Part shown: piece by piece, positions 48,348 to 57,490 of the stretch
Layout of the letters: the number at the start of each line of letters is the position of its first letter
How positions within the stretch are numbered: position 1 is the first letter of the stretch
Assembly: GCA_050250895.1 (NCBI GenBank)
Contig: JBFWNU010000001.1
Location: 1,064,008-1,128,007, forward strand
Source of the DNA: Vulcanimicrobiota bacterium
GTDB taxonomy: Bacteria; Vulcanimicrobiota; Xenobia; Xenobiales; JADMJV01
Length of the DNA stretch: 64,000 bases
Direction: 5' to 3'
The notes under the pieces: model-generated
The model's database searches: none
The model's input: the letters and a program-made list of their open reading frames with translations, nothing else
What the model was told of the DNA's origin: nothing
Made by a program: the position numbers and the translations under genes

Positions 48348-49835
48348 ATGAGTGAGAGCGAAAGCGGAGGGCTGGCCGAACAGCGCGCCCGCCGTGTTGA
48401 AAACCTCGAGGCCCTGAGAGCCACCGGACGCGACCCTTACGGCGCGCGCTTCGACCGGACCACCACGGCCGCCCAGATCCAGGCCGATCATGCCGAATTG
48501 AGCAAGGAAGACCACGGACCCGTCGTCTCGCTAGCCGGCCGGGTGACCGGTAAGCGAGGCCACGGCAAGGCCTGTTTTATCGACCTCACCGACCTCTCGG
48601 GTCGCCTTCAGACCTACTGTAAGGTCGACATCCTGGGCGAGGACCAGTATCAGGCCCTGGATCACGTCGACCTCGGCGATTTTCTCGGCGTCACCGGACC
48701 GGTGTTTCGCACCCGGCGCGGCGAGTTGAGCATCCAGGTCGAAAAGTGGGAGATGCTGAGCAAGGCCATCATGCCCCCGCCCGAAAAGTGGCACGGCCTC
48801 AAGGATGTCGAAATCCGCTATCGGCAACGCTACGCCGATCTCTTGAGCAACGCCGAGGTGCGCCAGACTTTCATCACGCGCAGTCGCATCGTCTCGGCCA
48901 TTCGCAATTATCTCGATGGCCTGGGCTATCTCGAGGTCGAAACCCCCACCATGACGCCCCTGGCTGGGGGAGCCTCGGCTCGGCCCTTCGTCACCCACCA
49001 CAACGCCCTCGATCTGACCCTGTATCTGCGCATTGCCACGGAACTCTACCTGAAGCGCTGCATCGTGGGCGGGCTCGAAAAGGTCTACGAAATCGGCCGC
49101 ATCTTCCGTAACGAAGGGATCTCGACCCGCCACAACCCCGAGTTCACCATGCTCGAACTCTACGAGGCCTATAGCGACTACGAGGGAATGATCGACATTA
49201 CCGAGGGGATCATCGACCATGTCTGTCAGACAGTGTTGGGTACCCACGAGGTGGAGTTCGGCGGCCATCAGCTCAATCTCAAGCCGCCCTATCGCCGAGC
49301 CACCATGGATGAACTCTTCCGCGAACACGCCGGAGTCGGCATCCACGACGTGCGCAACCCCGAAACGGCCTTCCGCCTGGCGGCTGAAGCGAAACTTGGC
49401 ATCAAGCCCAGCGACACCACCATCGCCCACGCCATCGACAAACTCTTTGACCACTTCATCGGCGACCACCTGGTCCAACCCACCGTGGTGATGGACTATC
49501 CCATCGAACTGTCGCCGCTGGCCAAGCGCAAGAGCGACGATCCCGACCTGACCTATCGCTTCGAGCTGTTCGTAGCCGGAACCGAAATCGCCAACGCCTT
49601 CTCCGAGCTCAACGATCCGGTCGACCAGCGCGGCCGCTTCGAATCCCAGCAGCAGAACAAGGCCATCGACGACGAGGCCCACCCTCTCGATGAGGACTAC
49701 ATCACCGCCCTGGAATACGCCATGCCTTCCACCGGCGGAATGGGGATGGGTATCGATCGTTTGATCATGTTGCTGACCGGATCCACTTCGATCCGTGACG
49801 TGGTGCTCTTTCCGTTGTTGCGTCCTCGCCAGTGA
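48348..49835 (+). CDS. lysS: Lysine--tRNA ligase (class II)
   Basis: RYRQRYADL, GGASARPFVTHHN, YEIGRIFRNEG, HNPEFT, GMGIDRL. Confidence 0.98.
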   Translation: MSESESGGLAEQRARRVENLEALRATGRDPYGARFDRTTTAAQIQADHAELSKEDHGPVVSLAGRVTGKRGHGKACFIDLTDLSGRLQTYCKVDILGEDQYQALDHVDLGDFLGVTGPVFRTRRGELSIQVEKWEMLSKAIMPPPEKWHGLKDVEIRYRQRYADLLSNAEVRQTFITRSRIVSAIRNYLDGLGYLEVETPTMTPLAGGASARPFVTHHNALDLTLYLRIATELYLKRCIVGGLEKVYEIGRIFRNEGISTRHNPEFTMLELYEAYSDYEGMIDITEGIIDHVCQTVLGTHEVEFGGHQLNLKPPYRRATMDELFREHAGVGIHDVRNPETAFRLAAEAKLGIKPSDTTIAHAIDKLFDHFIGDHLVQPTVVMDYPIELSPLAKRKSDDPDLTYRFELFVAGTEIANAFSELNDPVDQRGRFESQQQNKAIDDEAHPLDEDYITALEYAMPSTGGMGMGIDRLIMLLTGSTSIRDVVLFPLLRPRQ

Positions 49836-51022
49836 ACGCCAGCGGCCGAGTCTGGGTCGAGATCGACCTCGAGAGCATCCGGCGCAACTTTCGCACCCTG
49901 GCAGCTCTGGTGGCCCCCGCCAGGCCGGCCGCCGTGGTCAAAAGCGAAGCCTACGGCCATGGCCTGATCGAGGTCTCGAAGGCGGTGCTCGAAGAGGGCG
50001 CCTGGGGCCTCTGTGTGGTCTATGCCGAAGAAGGGCAGCGCCTTCGTCAGGCGGGCATCGAGGCCCCCATCCTGGTGGTGGGACCGCTGCTCGAGTTCGA
50101 GATGGAGACGGCCATTACCAACCGTTTGCAAGTCGCCGTCTACGACAGCCAGCAGGCCCGCCAGCTCTCGGCCGAATGCGCGCGCCTGGGCCAGGACATC
50201 CTGGTCCATCTGAAAGTCGACACCGGTCTGGCCCGCCTATCGACGGTGGCCGAGGACGCCCTGGAGTTCGTGCACGAGGTCCGCAACTTGCCGGGGTTGG
50301 TCATCGAAGGCGTCTATTCGCACTTTGCCGACGCCGAAGGTCTGGACCAATCTTACACCTTGCTGCAATATCGGCGCTTTCGCCAATTTCTCGACCGCCT
50401 CCAGGAAGCCGGCCTGCGCCCGCCGCTGCGCCACATCTCGGGCAGCGCAGCCGCTCTGCTGCTCAAAGAGGCCCGCCTGGACCTGGTGCGCCTGGGCATC
50501 GCCATCTACGGCCTATGGCCGGCCGACGAAACCCGTCTGCTGCTGCTCAGCCGCGGTCGCGACCTGCTGGAGTTGGTCAACGACCAGTTCGAGAACGGCC
50601 AGACCCCGGCCATCGAAGAGTTACTCACCCCGGCCCTGTCGTTTAAGACCCGCTGCCTGCAGGTCAAGGCCGTGCCGGCCGGCTGCAAGGTCGGCTACGG
50701 CTGCACTTACGAGACCCAGCGCCCCACCCGCATCGCCGTGCTGCCGGTCGGCTACGCCGAGGGTTACGACCGCCATCTTTCCAACTGCGGCGAGGTGCTG
50801 GTGCGCGGTCGCCGGGCTCGCGTGCTGGGACGCATCTGCATGAATCTGACCGTGGTCGACGTGACCGACATTCCCGAAGTCACTGCCGGCGACGAAGTGG
50901 TGCTGATCGGCACCCAAAACGGCCAGACCATCCGCGCCGAAGAGGTAGCCGCCAAGATCGGCACCATCCACTACGAGGTGGTCACCCGCATCCCGGCCTG
51001 CGTGCCCCGCGTGTTCGTCTAG
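49832..51022 (+). CDS. alr: Alanine racemase
   Basis: AVVKSEAYGHG, HLKVDTGLAR, SHFA, VRLGIAIYG, VGYG, GYAEG, GRICM, TIHYE. Confidence 0.93.
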   Translation: MNASGRVWVEIDLESIRRNFRTLAALVAPARPAAVVKSEAYGHGLIEVSKAVLEEGAWGLCVVYAEEGQRLRQAGIEAPILVVGPLLEFEMETAITNRLQVAVYDSQQARQLSAECARLGQDILVHLKVDTGLARLSTVAEDALEFVHEVRNLPGLVIEGVYSHFADAEGLDQSYTLLQYRRFRQFLDRLQEAGLRPPLRHISGSAAALLLKEARLDLVRLGIAIYGLWPADETRLLLLSRGRDLLELVNDQFENGQTPAIEELLTPALSFKTRCLQVKAVPAGCKVGYGCTYETQRPTRIAVLPVGYAEGYDRHLSNCGEVLVRGRRARVLGRICMNLTVVDVTDIPEVTAGDEVVLIGTQNGQTIRAEEVAAKIGTIHYEVVTRIPACVPRVFV

Positions 51023-51054
51023 AAAAGCAAAAGCCCCGCAACAGGGCGGGGCTT
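51023..51054 (-). terminator. Intrinsic terminator between convergent alr and rpsU
   Basis: AAGCCCCGC-aacagg-GCGGGGCTT preceded by an A-rich run (U tract on the minus strand). Confidence 0.75.
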
Positions 51055-51069
51055 GTAACTCAGATCGGC

Positions 51070-51240
51070 CTAGTGCCGACGGCGTCGAGCAGCCAGCATC
51101 TTCTTCTTGCGTTTGACGCTAGGCTTCTCGTAATATTCACGCTTTTTGATTTCGGCGAGAACACCGTCTCTCTGGCACTGACGACGAAATCGTTTGAGAG
51201 CAGAGTCGATGGATTCGCCATCCTCTACGCGAGTCTCCAT
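51070..51240 (-). CDS. rpsU: 30S ribosomal protein bS21
   Basis: Below the ORF-track cutoff. Manual translation: [56 protein letters not shown]; SD AAGGAGG. Confidence 0.97.
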   Translation of the reverse strand: METRVEDGESIDSALKRFRRQCQRDGVLAEIKKREYYEKPSVKRKKKMLAARRRRH

Positions 51241-51419
51241 TCCCTCACCCCTCCTTTCCCTCGTCGCGCTTGTTCAAGGCCGACGTTGATATACCCCACC
51301 ATCAATGGGTCAGCCGCAGGCGACTGACCCGAAGCTAATTTGAGAAGCTTACACCAGAATCCTCTTTCGGGCAAGTCCTACGAAGGACGAGTCGCCAATT
51401 CGCCCGAAAAGCGACCCTA

Positions 51420-52211
51420 GTGCTCGTGGGACGTTACGAAATCAAGGCCATTGTGGCCGAGCCCGAGACCGGCCGGGTCTACACAGCTCTCGACCATCAG
51501 GCTGGAGGCGCGGTCACTCTCAAGACCATCCATCCCCCGGCCAACCCCGACGAGCTCGAAGCCTTCCGCCGGGCTTTTCAGAACGAGGCCGGGATTCTGC
51601 AGTCCCTCTCTCACCCCGGCCTGCCCCGCGTGCTCGACTCGTTCGAAGACGAAGAGCTGCTCTATCTGGTGCTCGAGCCTCTCGAGGGGGAATCTCTGGC
51701 CGAGCGTCTCGACCGTCACCACGGCCCCTTGCCCTGGCCCGAGGTGCGCCCGTGGGCTCATGCGCTGGTGGACACTCTGGCCTACCTGCACAGCCAGGAT
51801 CCTCCGGTCATCGTGCGCAATCTCAACCCCACCAGCGTGCTGCTCACTTCATCAGGCCCCAAGATTGCCGATTTTGGACTGGCCCGCGTGGTCGAAGACG
51901 GCTCGCGCACGATGACAAGCCTTCGGGGCGTGGCCGCCAAGAACTATGCCCCCCTCGAGCAGTACGACTTCACCAGCACCACCCACACCTATAGCGACAT
52001 CTATTCGCTAGGGGCCACCCTTTACTTCGCCTTGAGCGCCCAGGAGCCGCCCACCGCCGCCGCCCGAGCCGGCCAGGACGTGCCCCTGGCCGACCTTGCC
52101 GAGCTAAACCCCACTGTGCCGGCTGCGGTTGCCGAAATGCTCGAGGCCATGCTGGCCCTCGGCAAACATCGGCGTCCTGACCTCGAGACCATCCGAGCGG
52201 CCTTCGCCTAG
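51420..52211 (+). CDS. Ser/Thr kinase-fold protein with degenerate catalytic loop (likely pseudokinase)
   Basis: Hanks-type fold (GRYEI, LSHPGLP, ADFGLAR, YAPLEQ, SDIYSLG), but the usual HRDLKPxN reads VRNLNPTS. Confidence 0.8.
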   Translation: MLVGRYEIKAIVAEPETGRVYTALDHQAGGAVTLKTIHPPANPDELEAFRRAFQNEAGILQSLSHPGLPRVLDSFEDEELLYLVLEPLEGESLAERLDRHHGPLPWPEVRPWAHALVDTLAYLHSQDPPVIVRNLNPTSVLLTSSGPKIADFGLARVVEDGSRTMTSLRGVAAKNYAPLEQYDFTSTTHTYSDIYSLGATLYFALSAQEPPTAAARAGQDVPLADLAELNPTVPAAVAEMLEAMLALGKHRRPDLETIRAAFA

Positions 52212-52296
52212 GTGGGGGGCCAGTTCGATTTACCGCCGAGGGGTGGAGCTTTGAGGAGAACCGCTGAGCTCCGCGGAGGACGCCGGGGGGGCGGTA

Positions 52297-52740
52297 GTGC
52301 ACTTCGAAAAGGTGGGCGCTTTCGATGAGAGCCGCCGAGAGAGCACGACCGTGAGCGACGGCCACCCGATCAATGATGGTGTTTCCTTATCCTCAGATTG
52401 TCTGTTGAGGCAAGAGAACGGTCTCTATCGTGTCAACGTGGGGATTCCCACTGTGCTTGGCGGTGATTTCGTGAACTTTGGAGACCTGGTCGAAATCGGA
52501 GAGGAACGTGACGGGATGGTGCCCGTAGTCCGAGTTGTCGAAAAAGGCAAATGCCGCTCCTGGGAATGGCTACTCCCCGAGTCTTTTGATTGGGAATCGG
52601 TTTACGAATATGGCCGACGAGTCGAAGACCACGGCGGCAGTTGGGATAGAATGTGCGGAGGAATCCTCATCATCCATCTTCCCCAAGACTCACCGCTGGA
52701 CCCCGAACTCGACCTGGCCCACTTGTTTGGCCGCACATAG
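52297..52740 (+). CDS. Hypothetical protein (DUF4265-like)
   Basis: LYRV..IP...FGDLVE...VRVVEKG...GGILIIHLP pattern; start uncertain. Confidence 0.5.
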   Translation: MHFEKVGAFDESRRESTTVSDGHPINDGVSLSSDCLLRQENGLYRVNVGIPTVLGGDFVNFGDLVEIGEERDGMVPVVRVVEKGKCRSWEWLLPESFDWESVYEYGRRVEDHGGSWDRMCGGILIIHLPQDSPLDPELDLAHLFGRT

Positions 52741-52758
52741 CTATCGAAGGACCCGATC

Positions 52759-53493
52759 ATGCCAGACATCAACGACCCGCATGAAGAGCCCGAGGAGGAA
52801 CAGCTGGGCTACGACCCCATTTTGAAGAGGTCGATAGTCACCCGGAAGGTCCCCCTCTCCATTAGCTCAGACCCCGAGGCTCGAGCCCAGTATGTAAAGG
52901 CGATCACTGCCTCGGTCCGGCTTAAACACCCGAACCTTCGCACCATCTACGACTGCGCCCAAAATGACGAGGGTATGCACCTCATCCTGGAATCGGTGCC
53001 AATGACCATCCTGGACGCGCTAAGTCACGGACACGACCTGCGAGCTTTGATCGCGGGCCTGGTGAGCGGTCTCGACTATGCTCATCAGCATGGAGTCATC
53101 CACCAGTCCGTGGCGCCTCGATATATCCGTGTCACCGAAGGCGGGGTGGTCAAGATTTGGGGCTTTGGTGTTGGCCTTCTCGAGGCTCAACACACCGGGA
53201 CTCCCTGGGCCGACGAATACCACTACATGTCCCCAGAGCAAACTCGCGGAGACCCCGTTGACCGGCGAACCGACATCTTCTCCCTGGGCGTTCTACTCTA
53301 CCGGCTGATCGCGGCCAGGCTGCCCTTTCCGGGAAAGAGCCTCCCAACACTGGCGGATCAGGTGCTCCGTCTCGAACCAGAACCACTCGACGACGAGGCC
53401 GACTCGCGACTCCTCAAAGCCGTCCACCGCTGCCTCGCCAAAGACCCCGCCGACCGCTTCCAGAGCCTGCGCGACTTCAGACACGCACTCTGA
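52759..53493 (+). CDS. Ser/Thr kinase-fold protein lacking HRD and DFG aspartates (pseudokinase)
   Basis: LKHPNL, YMSPEQ, TDIFSLG and RCLAKDPADRF are present; catalytic loop reads IHQSVAPRYI and DFG reads KIWGFG. Confidence 0.8.
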   Translation: MPDINDPHEEPEEEQLGYDPILKRSIVTRKVPLSISSDPEARAQYVKAITASVRLKHPNLRTIYDCAQNDEGMHLILESVPMTILDALSHGHDLRALIAGLVSGLDYAHQHGVIHQSVAPRYIRVTEGGVVKIWGFGVGLLEAQHTGTPWADEYHYMSPEQTRGDPVDRRTDIFSLGVLLYRLIAARLPFPGKSLPTLADQVLRLEPEPLDDEADSRLLKAVHRCLAKDPADRFQSLRDFRHAL

Positions 53494-53542
53494 TAGGTGG
53501 CGGCAAAGGCCAGCCCTGGGTCCCCCTCGAACGTAAACACCG

Positions 53543-54994
53543 ATGCCCTCCCGACTCCTTTTGTCGTTGCTTTTCTTGACGCTGCTCGCCGGCCCCGGGT
53601 TTGGCCTAGTGGAAGAAGGTGGGAGCGAGGTTACTCTTGGTCCTGGCGCTGCCTTCGAGGTTACCGCGCCAGCCGGCTGGATCTTTGACAATGAAAGCTG
53701 CCGGCGCTACTTCACCGACGTGGTCATCTATCCGTTGGGAAAATCGTGGGATGGCAGCGACGGGCCAGTCATCTCCTGCCAAACGTATCCCAAATATGGA
53801 GAAAGCCTCGACAAGATGATCGCCCGAGAATACGAGCAGCTGAGAAAGTCGGGAAATCCTCAACTAAAGTGTCGAGACCTTCCCGACCTCACCACACGGA
53901 ACGGCCAAAAGGCTCGGGTGCGAGTGTTCGGCATCGAAGAGTTCGGGGGGAACGTAGCTTACATCGAAACGCCTCAGTTCTTCTGTCAAATCAGTCTCGA
54001 GGTGCCGGAAATGGCTAGTGAAGAGGGAGGCGTGTCGGCGTTCGAAAAGGTGGTGGAATCGTTCCACTACCTCGCTCCTGATTCCGCAGAGTATCAAGCG
54101 CGCGCAGGGGTAAAGAGTATCCTGGTGGGCACAACCCAAATTGAGGATATCCTTCAATTCGGGCCGCCAGAGGGCTGGACGAAATATGGACCAGGCAAAC
54201 CCGGGGTCTCGATCTATCAGTTCATCGAAGGTCAGAACTACACGGTGATCGCCACCTACACCTCGAAGGTTAGTTCAGGCGACCCCGAGGCCGATTTCGA
54301 AGCTGCCTGGAGCGAACTGGTGCAGAACACCTTCCGAGCCGGCCCTGCCCCACCCGCGGAGCCAGTGGTATTCTATACCGGTTGGCCAATGAGAGTCGGG
54401 CAAACCACGGTCAATGCTGCCGGCCAAGAAACGACTCTTGTTCTCACAGTCTTCTCGGGATGGGGTAAGCGCGCCAGCCTGCTCGCCCTGTCTAACGACA
54501 GGTCGCTTCCCATCAAACTGCACAAGATCCTCGAATCAGCCCTCTACGTGCAAGGTTCTCTGACTGGTCAATGGGGCGCCTATCGCAGCCCACGACACAT
54601 GGTCGACGGCAACGTGGTGGAGTTGGGCGACCCCTACGGTCTAAGCAGAAGCTACCGTTTCTCGGGCAACGACTACAAGTTTGAGAGCCACGCCAAAGTG
54701 GACTCCGACCACGCCGTTTGGGTAGATGAAGAAGGCACAATGACCATCAGCGGAAACAAGTTGACCCTCCACGGCCAGGGCGGCACCCAACGCCACGTAA
54801 GGCCAGACGGGACCGTCGTCAGCAGTCGGGTCCTACCGCCCTGGGAGAGAACTTACACCTTCAAATTGGTTGACATCGACGACGCCTATCACGGCCCCCA
54901 CCTGGTCCTCGAGGGTGTCGAAGAGAACGAGCTTGACGGTGTTTACAGCGAACTCTTCCCGAACGCCTTCGTCTATGTATTAGGCTACCACTAA
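53543..54994 (+). CDS. Secreted multi-domain hypothetical protein
   Basis: Signal peptide MPSRLLLSLLFLTLLAGPGFG; two PsbP-like segments (APAGW, PPEGW); appears less GC-biased than the housekeeping genes. Confidence 0.7.
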   Translation: MPSRLLLSLLFLTLLAGPGFGLVEEGGSEVTLGPGAAFEVTAPAGWIFDNESCRRYFTDVVIYPLGKSWDGSDGPVISCQTYPKYGESLDKMIAREYEQLRKSGNPQLKCRDLPDLTTRNGQKARVRVFGIEEFGGNVAYIETPQFFCQISLEVPEMASEEGGVSAFEKVVESFHYLAPDSAEYQARAGVKSILVGTTQIEDILQFGPPEGWTKYGPGKPGVSIYQFIEGQNYTVIATYTSKVSSGDPEADFEAAWSELVQNTFRAGPAPPAEPVVFYTGWPMRVGQTTVNAAGQETTLVLTVFSGWGKRASLLALSNDRSLPIKLHKILESALYVQGSLTGQWGAYRSPRHMVDGNVVELGDPYGLSRSYRFSGNDYKFESHAKVDSDHAVWVDEEGTMTISGNKLTLHGQGGTQRHVRPDGTVVSSRVLPPWERTYTFKLVDIDDAYHGPHLVLEGVEENELDGVYSELFPNAFVYVLGYH

Positions 54995-55037
54995 GACAGC
55001 CTCGCGCCGGACATCCAAACCTTCGTAGCGCCGCAAG

Positions 55038-55112
55038 TTGAAGTTCCTGGTGGACGCGCAACTGCCGCCGGCCCTGGCTCGCTGGCTAGCCAGCCAAGGT
55101 CATCAGACGGAT
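55038..55112 (+). pseudogene. 5' remnant of a DUF5615/PIN-like toxin gene
   Basis: MKFLVDAQLPPALARWLASQGH is the typical DUF5615 N-terminus; resemblance ends after about 24 codons. Confidence 0.65.
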
Positions 55113-55130
55113 ATAACAGCCCCGCCACGT

Positions 55131-55179
55131 CTACCGTCTGAGAACTACCGTCTACCGTCTCCAGACTACCGTCTCAAAG
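55131..55179. repeat. Heptamer tandem array (CTACCGT-type, 7 units)
   Basis: CTACCGT CTGAGAA CTACCGT CTACCGT CTCCAGA CTACCGT CTCAAAG. Confidence 0.85.
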
Positions 55180-55184
55180 CAAGC

Positions 55185-56669
55185 CTAGAATCGCTTACCA
55201 GCGCCGATGACGGGATAGCTGTTCTTCGAGTCGGTGATGTCGCGCACGCCGCCCTGGATGAAGAAGTCGCCTTTGAAGAGCAGTTTGCCCAGCACGTCGA
55301 CTTTGGGGTCGCCGGTGTCATAAGCGTCGAGATTGAGCTCGAGGCGCTTTTTGAACAGCCAGGCGTCGGCCCCCAGGCCGAACTGCGAGCGGACCACGCC
55401 GGCCCGCAGGCGATAGTTCTCCCAGGTGCGCATCGCCTGCAGGTTGACCAGGTTGTCATTGCCCAGCGAGTCGATGCCCAGCTTGGCGCCGTAAGGGCCC
55501 TGGGGCAGCAAATAGGCGTTGAGATTGGTGTGGGCCTCGCCGATGTCGATATTCCACTGTTGTTCGAGGTCGAGGCCGAACAGATGACCACCGGCCACAT
55601 TGTCGACGACGCCTTCCACCCGGCCCATGACCCGCCTGGCGGTATCGCTGGCTTCCTTGGCGTTGTGGATGGTGTCGCGCAGGTCGCCCTGGACCTCGGG
55701 ATCCGAGGTGATCGAGCGGATGTCCGAGGCGATCCCCTGGATCTCTTCCGAAGTGCGCCGCAGATTGTCGGCCGCGGCTACCACGTCGTCTTTGAGCTCT
55801 TCGTTGTCAGCCAGCTCTTCTACCGTGCGCATCGCTTTCTTGAGGCTGATCGAGGTCTCCCGCAGGTTCATCACGATGGTGTCGATGTTACCCTGATGCT
55901 TGTCGACCGTGCGGCGCACCGTCGAAGAAACGACGCGCAAGTCGTCGCCCACCACCCGGGCGTCACCCTGGAACGAAAGCACCGTATCGTCGACATGGGC
56001 CATCACCAGCTCGAGCGAGTCGCCCAGGCGTTCGACCCGCGAATTGAGACCCGCCACCAGCACCTTGGCATCGGCCGAAGCGCCTTTGATGTTCTCAGAA
56101 ATCTCGCGGAAGTTGCCCATGGTGAGCTTGATATCGTCCTGAAACTTCTCGTCGGCCACCAGCTGATTGAGAGCGTTCACCGACTGGCGAAACTCGCTCA
56201 TCACCTCATTGCCCTCGCGGGCGAGGTCGTCGAGGGTCACCGGCGATTCGCCGATGACCTGACCCCCCTCGGGTAGCGGCTCTTCTTCGGCCGGCACCGA
56301 GCCCGGTTTGATCTCGATCCACTTATCTCCCAGCAAGTTGCCGGTGATCGTGTAGACGTAGTAGCTTCCCGGCGCCTCGTCGGGCTGGCGCGAGCGATAC
56401 AGGTTGACGTTCTTGCGAGTGACCAGGATGGTGGCTTTTACCTGGTTGTTGTTCGAATCGACCAGCTCGAGGTCTTTGACATAGCCGATGCGCACTCCGG
56501 CGAGATGGACTGGGGCCCGCACCTGCAGACCTCCCACGCTCTCGAAGAGAACGCGATACTCGGTGCCAGACTCGCCCCCGACGCGGCCGATCTGGCTGAC
56601 CACGACCAGCAGTAAGATAAAGGCCGTGACAGCGACCATACCTACTCGTGCAGCTGGGTTGATAACCAT
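55185..56669 (-). CDS. mlaD: MCE/MlaD family protein with long helical region and beta-rich C-terminus
   Basis: N-terminal TM, FESVGGLQVRAPVHLAGVRIGYV, NLLGDKWIEIKPG, heptad repeats, C-terminal ...IGAGKRF. Confidence 0.88.
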   Translation of the reverse strand: MVINPAARVGMVAVTAFILLLVVVSQIGRVGGESGTEYRVLFESVGGLQVRAPVHLAGVRIGYVKDLELVDSNNNQVKATILVTRKNVNLYRSRQPDEAPGSYYVYTITGNLLGDKWIEIKPGSVPAEEEPLPEGGQVIGESPVTLDDLAREGNEVMSEFRQSVNALNQLVADEKFQDDIKLTMGNFREISENIKGASADAKVLVAGLNSRVERLGDSLELVMAHVDDTVLSFQGDARVVGDDLRVVSSTVRRTVDKHQGNIDTIVMNLRETSISLKKAMRTVEELADNEELKDDVVAAADNLRRTSEEIQGIASDIRSITSDPEVQGDLRDTIHNAKEASDTARRVMGRVEGVVDNVAGGHLFGLDLEQQWNIDIGEAHTNLNAYLLPQGPYGAKLGIDSLGNDNLVNLQAMRTWENYRLRAGVVRSQFGLGADAWLFKKRLELNLDAYDTGDPKVDVLGKLLFKGDFFIQGGVRDITDSKNSYPVIGAGKRF

Positions 56670-56680
56670 ATCGTTCTCCT

Positions 56681-57487
56681 CTAGACCCGGATGGGACCCT
56701 CGACGTTACCCTCGCGAAACTGGACCACGATGGGATTGTCGGTCGATTGAAATTCTTGGGGGGTGCCAAAGAAGGCGGCCTTCCCCTCATGTATCATCAA
56801 AATCTGGTTGGCCACAAGCATCGCCCCGCTAAGATCGTGGGTGATTACCACAGAAGTGGCGTGAAGCCTGCGTTGCAGGTCGAGAATCAGCTCGTTGATC
56901 ACCCTCGAGATGATGGGATCGAGTCCGGTGGTGGGCTCGTCATAAAGCACCACATCGGGGTCGGTGGCGATGGTGCGGGCGAAGCTGGCGCGCTTTTGCA
57001 TTCCACCCGAGAGTTGGCTGGGATAAAGGTGACCCATGCCCTCGAGGTCCACGATGGCCAGTTTCTCGGCCACGATCCGCTGGATCTCTTCCTCAGGCAG
57101 TTTGGTGTGCTCGCGCAATCCGAAGGCCACGTTGTCGGCCACCGTCATCGAGTCAAAGAGGGCTCCGTGTTGAAAGCAGGTGCCGATGCGCTTGCGCAGC
57201 TGATTCAGCGCGCGCTTGCTCAGGTCGGGGATACTCTGATTGTTGACCATCACCTTGCCGCTGGTAGGTCGCAGCAGGCCGTTGATCGAGCGCAGAGTGG
57301 TGCTTTTGCCCGTGCCCGACAGGCCCATAATCACCAGGGCCGTGCCTTTGGGCACTTCAAACGAGATGCCCTTGAGAATATCCCGGGTCCCGAAGGTGAC
57401 CCGCAGGTCCTCGACCACGATGGCCGGGTCCGACATGGGCTCGCGCTGGCCCATTACCGGAGTAGTAGTATTTTGGCGCGAACTCAT
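56681..57487 (-). CDS. mlaF: MlaF/Mkl ABC ATPase
   Basis: GLSGTGKST, FQHGALFDSMTV, LSGGMQKR, YDEPTTGLDP; true start may be 57436. Confidence 0.92.
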   Translation of the reverse strand: MSSRQNTTTPVMGQREPMSDPAIVVEDLRVTFGTRDILKGISFEVPKGTALVIMGLSGTGKSTTLRSINGLLRPTSGKVMVNNQSIPDLSKRALNQLRKRIGTCFQHGALFDSMTVADNVAFGLREHTKLPEEEIQRIVAEKLAIVDLEGMGHLYPSQLSGGMQKRASFARTIATDPDVVLYDEPTTGLDPIISRVINELILDLQRRLHATSVVITHDLSGAMLVANQILMIHEGKAAFFGTPQEFQSTDNPIVVQFREGNVEGPIRV

Positions 57488-57490
57488 GGT

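Noticed and set aside
47181-49682. Long minus-strand ORFs (444 aa and 383 aa)
   Set aside because: Antisense shadows of the 302-aa gene and lysS.
55131-55179. Possible CRISPR array
   Set aside because: 7-bp period with no 25-40-bp repeats or spacers and no cas genes.
55038-56276. 412-aa ORF that looks like a PIN-domain fusion
   Set aside because: Only the first ~24 codons resemble DUF5615; the rest is the antisense frame of mlaD.
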